Below are positions 29,451 to 36,810 of a stretch of DNA of 48,709 nt, piece by piece. Made by a program: the position numbers and the translations under genes. How positions within the stretch are numbered: the stretch's first letter is position 1; each line of letters starts with the position of its first letter. The stretch spans positions 1 through 48,709 of the forward strand of contig JANWXO010000001.1 of assembly GCA_025057295.1 (NCBI GenBank), given 5' to 3'. Source of the stretch: Candidatus Binatia bacterium. GTDB taxonomy: Bacteria; Desulfobacterota; Binatia; Bin18. The notes under the pieces were generated by a model that had not been told where the DNA came from, searched no databases, and was given only the letters and a program-made list of their open reading frames with translations.

Positions 29451-29912
29451 TTATGGTGATTGCACGAACTGAATCCGTAGCAGAGTGGTCGGTGCAGCGG
29501 AGGTCACCTCTGCAGGGCCCCTGAGTTCCCCCAGCCGTGCCAACGCCTGCCGCAGGGGAGTCAGTGCACTCGTGGGCAGCGACGTCACGAGGTGGTCTGC
29601 AGAGTCTCGGATGATGACCGCCTCTGCCGTCTGTCGTATGAGAGCGATGACCTGGCTGCGCAACATAGCCGGGTCTTGCCCAGCAAGACGCCAGGTGAGG
29701 GACTCGATGACGCTGCCACTCCCTTCCGGCAAGGCATGATCGTCCTCCAGGTTTCGCGCGGCGTGAAGCGGCACTGCCTCGACCGCGGTGCTCCTCTCCA
29801 CAGCGAGGCTGGGTGGAACACGGAGGGTGGAGAGGAGAACGGAGACACCCGTGCCGGAGAGGAGCACTACGGTCATCTGTCGTCGCATCCAGGAACGGCA
29901 CCGTACGTCCAT
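29451..29912 (-). CDS. Hypothetical protein, possibly secreted (about 140-153 aa)
   Basis: The ORF starts 46 nt after the DUF2878::CHI-like stop on the same strand. Hydrophobic N-terminus (MTVVLLSGTGVSVLLS). No convincing RBS for any of the three candidate ATGs. No recognised domain. Confidence 0.3.
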   Translation of the reverse strand: MDVRCRSWMRRQMTVVLLSGTGVSVLLSTLRVPPSLAVERSTAVEAVPLHAARNLEDDHALPEGSGSVIESLTWRLAGQDPAMLRSQVIALIRQTAEAVIIRDSADHLVTSLPTSALTPLRQALARLGELRGPAEVTSAAPTTLLRIQFVQSP

Positions 29913-29957
29913 CGCCAGGAGAGAGTATCGCTTGTGCTTTCTGCAGTCAAAGCACCG

Positions 29958-31043
29958 TCAGCGGACTCCCAAGAGCTGAGCTTTGAGCGAGGCGCTCAGC
30001 GGTTGGGGGCCGAGCCAAATGGCGAAATAGGCAGCGGCGAAATCCGCGCCCTCGATCGTGCCTTTGATCTGCCCGTTCAGAGCTAGTTCGGTGCCGATCC
30101 CGGGGATGTAGGTGAGGGAGTAGCGATCCCCAGGTTTCACGTCCTCGTACAAGGCGTGGAGACGGGCGATGCGTGGCTGCAGATGCGCCAGGGTCTCCGG
30201 GGAGACATTGTACGGGAGCAGCGCATCTGCCGCCTTCCCGAAGTCCGGACCAGCGATGGGCCAAAAATAGGCCAGTTCCAGCCGCTTTGGGACGTCGGCG
30301 AGGACCTGGGACGGGTGCACGCCGACACCGAGATAGAGGGCAGCGACGTACCCTTTGAACACGAGGCGGTAGCGCAGCAGGCCGACGCCGTGGAGCAGCA
30401 ATGGCGTTCCGTGGATTTCGTAACGCTCGGGGAAGTGGACGCCTTCGATTTCTGCTGCCCAGCTGGGGAAGGGAGCGAGCGAGAGGGAGCAGAGGAGCAA
30501 CAGCAGACCGCGCGCTTGGCGGACGCGCAAGCCGGAGGCTGGGAGAGCTCTGGCGACCCACACCAGCCCTGGGAGCACGAGTCCCCACGCACCGGCGAGG
30601 ATCAACAGGCTTGGCCACAAGTCCGGGGGAAAGATCACCGCACCCAGGCGCGCACCAGCGTAGTAGCTCAGCGGTCCTCCCAGGGCGCCGAAACAGGCGG
30701 CCAACAGATAGCGGTCCAGCAGCCATCCGAGGGAACCGTGCAGGGTGGTGGCGAAGAGCAGCCACAGGGCAGTGATCCAGGGGGGGCACACCCAGCTCGA
30801 GACCGAGCCGACGAACGTGTAGACTCCACCCCACAGCATGCAGGTATCCAGGAGTGAGCCGGCGATGCCGGCGATCAGCAGCAGCTGTCCCTCGCGCAAC
30901 GCGTTGGCAACCAGCAACAGGTGAAACGTGAGCAAAATGACGACGACGAGCGGGCCGAAGAGGGGGTACCCGCGCGCCGCGCCCAGCACGCAGGCGAACC
31001 AGCCGAGGTAGAAGGCGAGTGCATTCCAGAGAGTCTGGGTCAT
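29958..31043 (-). CDS. Fusion protein: DUF2878 membrane domain plus chalcone-isomerase-like (fatty-acid-binding fold) domain
   Basis: The N-terminal ~170 aa have four hydrophobic helices (WNALAFYLGWFACVLGAARG...LGGPLSYYAGARLGA), typical of DUF2878. The C-terminal ~180 aa (VHFPERYEIHGTPLLLHGVGLLRYRLVFKGYVAALYL...ADFAAAYFAIWLG) resemble a chalcone isomerase-like domain. ATG 31043 overlaps the upstream stop (ATGA). Confidence 0.7.
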   Translation of the reverse strand: MTQTLWNALAFYLGWFACVLGAARGYPLFGPLVVVILLTFHLLLVANALREGQLLLIAGIAGSLLDTCMLWGGVYTFVGSVSSWVCPPWITALWLLFATTLHGSLGWLLDRYLLAACFGALGGPLSYYAGARLGAVIFPPDLWPSLLILAGAWGLVLPGLVWVARALPASGLRVRQARGLLLLLCSLSLAPFPSWAAEIEGVHFPERYEIHGTPLLLHGVGLLRYRLVFKGYVAALYLGVGVHPSQVLADVPKRLELAYFWPIAGPDFGKAADALLPYNVSPETLAHLQPRIARLHALYEDVKPGDRYSLTYIPGIGTELALNGQIKGTIEGADFAAAYFAIWLGPQPLSASLKAQLLGVR

Positions 31044-32317
31044 AGCGGTGGCAGGAGCGGTGCGCGACGGCACTGTGGCTTGGTCAAGAGCATCTGCACG
31101 TCGCCGATGGCGCGTTCATGGAACCCTCCCTCGCAATAACACAGGTAGAACTCCCACATGCGGATGAAGGCCTCTGGGTACCCGAGCGCCCGTACCCTGT
31201 CGGCATGGGCGAGAAAACGTTCGCGCCAGTGGCGGAGCGTGGTGGCGTAGTGGGGCGTCAGATCTTCCAGGTGAAACAGGCGCAAGTCTGTGGCGCGGGT
31301 GAGGGAGTTGCAGATGGCGGTGATCGAGGGAATGCAACTGCCGGGGAAGATATAGCGCTGGATGAAATCGACCGACCGCTTGGCCTGCTCGTATCGCTGG
31401 TCGGCGATCGTGATCGCCTGCAGGAGCATCATCCCGTCGGGTTTGAGCAGGTGACTGCAGCAGCGGAAGTAGGTGTCGTAGTAAGCGTGTCCCACTGCCT
31501 CGATCATTTCGATCGAGACCAGCTTGTCGTACTGACCGGTGAGCGCGCGATAGTCGTCGCAGAGAACGGTGACGCGATCGGCTACCCCGGCAGCGGCAAC
31601 GCGTTGGCGGGCGAGCTCGTACTGCCGCTGGGAGATGGTAGTGGTCGTCACCCGGCAGCCGTAGTGCTGGGCGGCGTAGATGGCAAAACTGCCCCAGCCG
31701 GTGCCGATTTCGACCACGTGGTCCGCCGGCGACAGCTGGAGCTTGCGACAGATGCGGTCGAGCTTGGTGAGCGAGGCCTCCTGCAGCGTGCTCTCGGGGT
31801 GGGTGAAGATCCCGCACGAGTAGGTCATGGTCTCGTCGAGGAACAGCGCGAAGAAGTCGTTCCCCAAATCGTAGTGGGCGGCGATGTTGCGCCGACTCCC
31901 CCTGACCGTATTGCGGTGCAGCGCGTGGTACAGCGTGCGCAGCGGCCCGGTCAGGCGGGCGAGACCGCTCGCCATACCATCCAGCACGGCCCGGTTGCGC
32001 AGCAAGATGCGCACGAGAGCAGTGAGGTCGTCGCACGACCAGAAACCGTCGATGTAGGCTGCGCCGGCACCGATGTCGCCTGCGCGTACGATCGCGTTGT
32101 AGAAGCGGGGATCGTGGACAGAGACGGTGGCGGAGAGCTGACAGTCCGAGGATAGACGTCCGAAGGTCTGTCGGATGTCACCATCAGTGATGGTGATGCA
32201 TCCCTGCTGGAGCTGCTGCAGTTGGGCCAGCACCAGGTGTCGGGCTAGCCGAGTCCAGAGCGGGAGGCGCAAAGCATGGGTTGTCGGCGTTGCCGTTGGA
32301 GTCAGAGCGTCTTTCAT
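31040..32317 (-). CDS. Cyclopropane-fatty-acyl-phospholipid synthase family SAM-dependent methyltransferase (long form, 425 aa)
   Basis: NIAAHYDLGNDFFALFLDETMTYSCGIF, the SAM motif VVEIGTGWGSFAIYAA, and the C-terminal RMWEFYLCYCEGGF, all hallmarks of the CMAS family. Confidence 0.85.
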   Translation of the reverse strand: MKDALTPTATPTTHALRLPLWTRLARHLVLAQLQQLQQGCITITDGDIRQTFGRLSSDCQLSATVSVHDPRFYNAIVRAGDIGAGAAYIDGFWSCDDLTALVRILLRNRAVLDGMASGLARLTGPLRTLYHALHRNTVRGSRRNIAAHYDLGNDFFALFLDETMTYSCGIFTHPESTLQEASLTKLDRICRKLQLSPADHVVEIGTGWGSFAIYAAQHYGCRVTTTTISQRQYELARQRVAAAGVADRVTVLCDDYRALTGQYDKLVSIEMIEAVGHAYYDTYFRCCSHLLKPDGMMLLQAITIADQRYEQAKRSVDFIQRYIFPGSCIPSITAICNSLTRATDLRLFHLEDLTPHYATTLRHWRERFLAHADRVRALGYPEAFIRMWEFYLCYCEGGFHERAIGDVQMLLTKPQCRRAPLLPPL

Positions 32318-33099
32318 AGGTCACGCGGCTCGAACCCGCCGGCCTTGATGGTTGCCGGGTGGGGGTAAAAAGGGGTACGTTTCAGCCACAAGCGCCCGGC
32401 CTGCAGGTAGATGGCAGCGATGACTCTTCCGGTCATGAAGGGGTAGCGGACCAGGCACCAGGTCAGGGCCGGGCCGCTGATCTCTCGACGGGTGAGCACC
32501 ATGGTCGCGTCGAAGAACTTGCTCCCTCCTTGGTGGTTCTCCATGTGAATCACCAGGCGTTGTCCTGGGGTGCTGAACCGCCAGTCGTACTCTACGTCCA
32601 TCCCCATGAAGGGAGAGACATGAAACGCCTTGCCGAAGCGGTAGCGCTTTTTGTGGCCGCCGGCCTCGTTGCGCGCCTCGGGGAGGACGTAACAGTAGCG
32701 CTCGCCCCAGGGGGTGTTGGTCACTTCGGCGACGATCGTCTCGACCCGGCTGTCGCTTGCATCGTAGCAGAAGTAGAAACTGACCGGATTGAAGCAGTAG
32801 CCGAAGTACCGCAGATGGGTGAGGAGACGGATCGGGCCTGCAGGCCGGCATCCGGTGTGATGGGCCACCAACGCACGCACCGCGTCAGCCAAGGGAATCC
32901 GAGGGTCGCCGAAATGGTCGCGGCGACGGAACTGTGCCAGCGTCCGACCTTCGGTGGACCAGAGCCAGCGACCGTGAAAGAGTGTAGGTAACTCATCGAG
33001 ATCGAGGTACATGAGGAAGAGCGAATAGGTGAAGGTGTGGGACACCGGCGCAAAGCGGCGATGACGCACGTAGCCACGGTAGATACAGCTCTGCCTCAT
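32314..33099 (-). CDS. DUF1365 family protein
   Basis: MRQSCIYRGYVRHRRFAPVSHTFTYSLFLMYLDLDEL...RRDHFGDP...FGYCFNPVSFYFCYD are characteristic DUF1365 blocks. ATGA overlaps at both ends. Confidence 0.8.
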   Translation of the reverse strand: MRQSCIYRGYVRHRRFAPVSHTFTYSLFLMYLDLDELPTLFHGRWLWSTEGRTLAQFRRRDHFGDPRIPLADAVRALVAHHTGCRPAGPIRLLTHLRYFGYCFNPVSFYFCYDASDSRVETIVAEVTNTPWGERYCYVLPEARNEAGGHKKRYRFGKAFHVSPFMGMDVEYDWRFSTPGQRLVIHMENHQGGSKFFDATMVLTRREISGPALTWCLVRYPFMTGRVIAAIYLQAGRLWLKRTPFYPHPATIKAGGFEPRDL

Positions 33100-34346
33100 G
33101 ACAGCTTCTTGCCAAAGGTGTGACACACGGTCAAGGCGCTGTTCACCCCGTCTTCGTGAAAGCCGTAGCCCCAGTATGCCCCGCAAAAAGAGGTGCGATG
33201 GTGGAGGCCGCTGAGCTCCCGATGGCGGGCTTGCGCGGCAACGGCCCGCGCGGTGTAAACCGGGTGGTGGTAGATCATGCGCTGGATGATCCGCGTCGGG
33301 TCGATCGCCTCGCTGCGGTTCAGAGTGACGCAGAACGGCTGCGGGGCTGACAGGCTTTGCAAGATATTCATGTTGTAGGTGATCGTTACCCGACCCCGCG
33401 CCTCGCGGGGGATGTGGTAGTTCCAGCTTGCCCATGCACGGCGCCGCCGTGGGAGCAGGCGAGCGTCGGTATGGAGGATCGCCTCGTTTGCCTGGTACGC
33501 AAAGGCTCCCAGGATCTCGCGTTCCGCATCCGTCGGGTCGGCGAGCAGCGCGAGCGCCTGATCGCTGTGAGTGGCGATCACCACGTGCTCGAACCGCTCA
33601 CGCTCCCCAGAGGAGAGGGTGACTACGACCTCCTGGGGAGAGCGGGCAACGGAGCGCACCGGGCACCGGAGGCGAATACGCTCACGGTACGGCCGCGTCA
33701 GCGCTTCGACGTACCGGGCGGCTCCGCCGCGGATCACGTACCATTGAGGCCGTTTGTATACCTGCAGCATACCGTGGTTGTGAAAAAACTGTACGAAATA
33801 CCGGGCAGGGAAATGGAACATCTGTTGGGGATCGGCCGACCAGATCGCCGCTCCCATGGGGATGATGTAGTGGTCGATGAATTCGCGAGAATAGCGGTGG
33901 TCGGTCAGGTAGTCTGCCAGGGTGTCCAGCCCAGTATCGTGCTGCAGAAGAGCCGGAGCAGCTGCGTGGAAGCGCAGAATATCGCGCAGCATGCGATAGA
34001 AGGAGGGGCGAACGAGATTCCGACGTTGGGCAAACAGGGTGTTGAGCGAGGTGCCGTTGTATTCCAGGCCAGTGCGCTCACAGGTGACACTGAAACTCAT
34101 CCTGCTCGGTTGCCAGGCCACCCCTAGCTGTTGCAGGAGCCGCACGAAGTTGGGGTAGGTCTGGTGGTTGAACACAATAAACCCAGTGTCCACCGCGTAG
34201 GTTTTTCCTTCTTGTTCGGCAACTACCGTATGTGTATGTCCCCCGATATAGTCGTTGGCCTCGAAGACGGTGATCTCGTGCTCCTGACCAAGGAGGTAGG
34301 CGGCGACCATACCTGAGATACCGGTCCCGATGATCGCAATTTTCAT
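33096..34346 (-). CDS. NAD(P)/FAD-dependent oxidoreductase (amine-oxidase / phytoene-desaturase-like)
   Basis: MKIAIIGTGISGMVAAYLL...VFEANDYIGGHTHT dinucleotide-binding motif. Conserved position upstream of DUF1365 plus a CFA-synthase-like gene. ATG 34346 overlaps the desaturase stop. Confidence 0.8.
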   Translation of the reverse strand: MKIAIIGTGISGMVAAYLLGQEHEITVFEANDYIGGHTHTVVAEQEGKTYAVDTGFIVFNHQTYPNFVRLLQQLGVAWQPSRMSFSVTCERTGLEYNGTSLNTLFAQRRNLVRPSFYRMLRDILRFHAAAPALLQHDTGLDTLADYLTDHRYSREFIDHYIIPMGAAIWSADPQQMFHFPARYFVQFFHNHGMLQVYKRPQWYVIRGGAARYVEALTRPYRERIRLRCPVRSVARSPQEVVVTLSSGERERFEHVVIATHSDQALALLADPTDAEREILGAFAYQANEAILHTDARLLPRRRRAWASWNYHIPREARGRVTITYNMNILQSLSAPQPFCVTLNRSEAIDPTRIIQRMIYHHPVYTARAVAAQARHRELSGLHHRTSFCGAYWGYGFHEDGVNSALTVCHTFGKKLS

Positions 34347-35356
34347 GGGGCAGGAGCGTGCCGAGAGTACGCTGGGACCACGAGATCGAGCCGCTTCGCT
34401 TCGCGCAGGTGGGGGGGAAGAGGTTTGAGGTCCCAAATGATGCCCAGCCAGGCGAGGACGACGAGGAGATAGTAGGTCAGGTCGATCTCCCACCAGTAAA
34501 ACCCCTGACGAGCGGCGGCTGGATAGTGATGGTGGTTGTTATGCCACCCTTCGCCGAAGGTGATGAGCGCCAAGAACAGGTTGTTGCGGCTCTGGTCGTT
34601 GGTCGCGTAGCGTTGGCGCCCGAACTGATGGGCGAGGGAATTCACGGTGTAGGTACAGTGGTAGAGCACGACGGTGGAGAGGAAAAAGCCCCACACCAGG
34701 AGTTGCAGTCCATTGGTCTCCAGTGCCGGAGCCCAGGCTTCCAGGCCGGCGCCCAATCCGTAAAGGAACCCTGCGAGGGAGAGGGCAACGAGGATGTCGA
34801 AACGATCGAGAAAACAAAGCTCGGGAAATTTGGCCAGGTCCGGCACGGCATGCACCTTCGTGCCGAACGCGGCGGGAGTCAGGAACCAGCCGACATGGCT
34901 CCACCAGAACCCCTGGTGATGGGGGGAGTGGACATCGAGGGCTTGGTCAGAATGTGCGTGGTGGTGGCGGTGATGAGCAGCCCACCACAGAGGACCACGC
35001 TGAACCGCACTGGCCCCCAGTACGGCAAAAACGAACTGCCACCAGCGGGACGTTTTAAACGCGCGGTGGGAGAAGTAGCGGTGGTAGAACGCGGTAATGG
35101 CAAACATGCGAACCGCGTACAACAGCGCCGCCGTAACGACCGCGGTCCAACTCCACCCCACCCAAAAGACCAGACCGCACAGCAGGTGCATGGCGAGAAA
35201 TGGCACGACGCGGAGCCAGTCCACCTGCTGCGCGGACGGGGGTTGCCGCTCCTCGCTCCCCGCCCAAGCGTCAAACCAACGGAGAACGGAGGGAACAAGA
35301 GAGGACAGCCTGGCTGTCAGTGAATGCCTGCGTCTCGACGGGTGGAAAGATGCCAT
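34343..35356 (-). CDS. Membrane acyl-CoA/acyl-lipid desaturase (delta-9 type, three histidine boxes)
   Basis: His boxes HRYFSH, HHRHHHAHSD and WHNNHHHYP, with TM segments between them. 337 aa. Confidence 0.9.
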   Translation of the reverse strand: MASFHPSRRRHSLTARLSSLVPSVLRWFDAWAGSEERQPPSAQQVDWLRVVPFLAMHLLCGLVFWVGWSWTAVVTAALLYAVRMFAITAFYHRYFSHRAFKTSRWWQFVFAVLGASAVQRGPLWWAAHHRHHHAHSDQALDVHSPHHQGFWWSHVGWFLTPAAFGTKVHAVPDLAKFPELCFLDRFDILVALSLAGFLYGLGAGLEAWAPALETNGLQLLVWGFFLSTVVLYHCTYTVNSLAHQFGRQRYATNDQSRNNLFLALITFGEGWHNNHHHYPAAARQGFYWWEIDLTYYLLVVLAWLGIIWDLKPLPPHLREAKRLDLVVPAYSRHAPAP

Positions 35357-35527
35357 ACATCAACCTCTCTCCTGCTTAACCAAAAAAGCGTGGTTCGTCG
35401 AACCCCCCTCTGAAGACGGGTTGCTGCACTCCCTTCGTATGCCCTACGGCTGAGATGCGCCTTTAGATTTTTGTCTGCCCATCGTCTAAGAGGAACGATA
35501 CCACCGACAGGGAGAACAGCGGTGAGC

Positions 35528-36601
35528 ATGCGCGTCGCACTGGAATTGATGGAGAGAGGTCTGGTCCCCGATCCCCTGATCCGCTGGGGGATTCGCCGTT
35601 TGCTGGCGCGGCGGTTACGCCAACAGCAGGCGGCAGACGCAGGGGAAACGGCGCCTGGGGAAGGGGACGGCGATGGCCCCCGCAGCGCCTTGCAGCAGTT
35701 GCTCGTCCAGCTCCGCCAGAGTCCTATCGCGCTGTCTCCCGAGAAGGCGAACGAGCAACACTACGAGTTACCGCCGGCTTTTTTCCAATGCGTCTTGGGC
35801 AAGCGGCTCAAGTACAGCAGTTGTTACTGGCCTGCTGGCGTCACCACGCTCGACGCGGCTGAAGAGGCCATGCTGGAGCTGACCTGCCAACGGGCGCAGG
35901 TGGAGGACGGCATGGAGGTGTTGGAGTTGGGCTGTGGCTGGGGGGCGCTCGCGCTGTGGCTGGCCGAGCACTACCCCCACAGCCGCATCGTTGCGGTGTC
36001 CAATGCGCACGCGCAGGGAGAGTTTATCAGACGCGCATGCGCCCATCGGCAGCTGACCAACCTGGAAGTTGTCACGGCAGACATGAACGAGTTTCACAGC
36101 CCCCGCCAGGTCGATCGGGTTCTCTCGATCGAGATGTTCGAGCACATGCGGAACTACGAGGCATTGTTGACACGCATCGCCTCCTGGCTCAAGCCGCGGG
36201 GGAAACTCTTCGTGCATCTCTTTTGCCATCGTGCGTACGCCTATCCCTTTGAGAGCGAGGGGGAGGATAACTGGCTGGGACGCTATTTTTTCACTGGCGG
36301 CCTGATGCCGTCGGACGACTTGTTGCTCTATTTTCAGCGCGATCTGGTGGTCCAGGAGCACTGGCGCGTGAACGGCTTGCATTACGCGCGCACGGCAGAG
36401 GCGTGGCTGGCGAACCTCGACGCGAGACGTCACCGGGTCCTGCCGCTTCTGGCGGAGGTCTACGGTCCGACGCAGGCGGAACGGTGGTTGCGGCGGTGGC
36501 GCATCTTTTTCCTCGCCTGTGCCGAACTGTTCGCCTACCGTCGCGGGCAGGAGTGGTGGGTCTCTCACTACCTGTTCCAGCGTCGGGACGGAGAGCGCTG
36601 A
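35528..36601 (+). CDS. Cyclopropane-fatty-acyl-phospholipid synthase family SAM-dependent methyltransferase (short form, 357 aa)
   Basis: [28 protein letters not shown], the SAM motif [16 protein letters not shown], and [14 protein letters not shown]. Start trimmed to ATG 35528 (GTG 35522 is also possible). Confidence 0.85.
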   Translation: MRVALELMERGLVPDPLIRWGIRRLLARRLRQQQAADAGETAPGEGDGDGPRSALQQLLVQLRQSPIALSPEKANEQHYELPPAFFQCVLGKRLKYSSCYWPAGVTTLDAAEEAMLELTCQRAQVEDGMEVLELGCGWGALALWLAEHYPHSRIVAVSNAHAQGEFIRRACAHRQLTNLEVVTADMNEFHSPRQVDRVLSIEMFEHMRNYEALLTRIASWLKPRGKLFVHLFCHRAYAYPFESEGEDNWLGRYFFTGGLMPSDDLLLYFQRDLVVQEHWRVNGLHYARTAEAWLANLDARRHRVLPLLAEVYGPTQAERWLRRWRIFFLACAELFAYRRGQEWWVSHYLFQRRDGER

Positions 36602-36731
36602 GTTAGCTGATCGGGCTGCAGGTTACTTCCCCGTGCGGTAGAGCCTTCTCACCACTGCCAGGCGCTTCTCTCGGGACGGCCAGAAGACCAGTGCTCCCCG
36701 GGCACGCGGGGGACGAGCGGCCCCTATTTTC

Positions 36732-36786
36732 TGTGCAAAATATGTTCAATATATTGACAATAAATGTTCATAATGTATGCTCGAGC
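36732..36786 (+). promoter_or_regulatory. AT-rich promoter/operator: 11-bp-phased direct repeats spanning a TTGACA -35 box and a TATGCT -10 candidate (CarH-type operator candidate)
   Basis: Hexamers TGTGCA (36732), TGTTCA (36743), TTGACA (36754), TGTTCA (36765) and TATGCT (36776) start exactly 11 bp apart. The -35/-10 spacing is 16 bp. The RBS GGAGAAAGGAG and GTG 36811 follow. Confidence 0.5.
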
Positions 36787-36810
36787 GAGCAACGGAGAAA
36801 GGAGCCCCCT

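Noticed and set aside
35487-35491. A TAAGA pentamer 37 nt upstream of the second methyltransferase start. It resembles the -10 element I recall for RpoE(ChrR)-type singlet-oxygen promoters (TGATCC-N16-TAAGA).
   Set aside because: The corresponding -35 position reads AGATTT/TAGATT, a poor match. No rpoE/chrR genes are in the window, and my recollection of the consensus is not exact. It is worth a motif scan but not reportable as a feature.
35472-35498. TGTCT (35472) and CGTCT (35483), 11 bp apart in the divergent desaturase/methyltransferase promoter region, considered as a second CarH-type operator.
   Set aside because: There are only two weak half-matches, no TGTnCA core, no AT-rich context and no third phased repeat. 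This is not distinguishable from chance.
36602-36731. Possible intrinsic terminator after the second methyltransferase (GGGG-acgagcgg-CCCC followed by TATTTTCT at about 36709..36732).
   Set aside because: The stem is only 4 bp. Read-through from the methyltransferase gene into the regulator gene cannot be excluded or confirmed from sequence alone.
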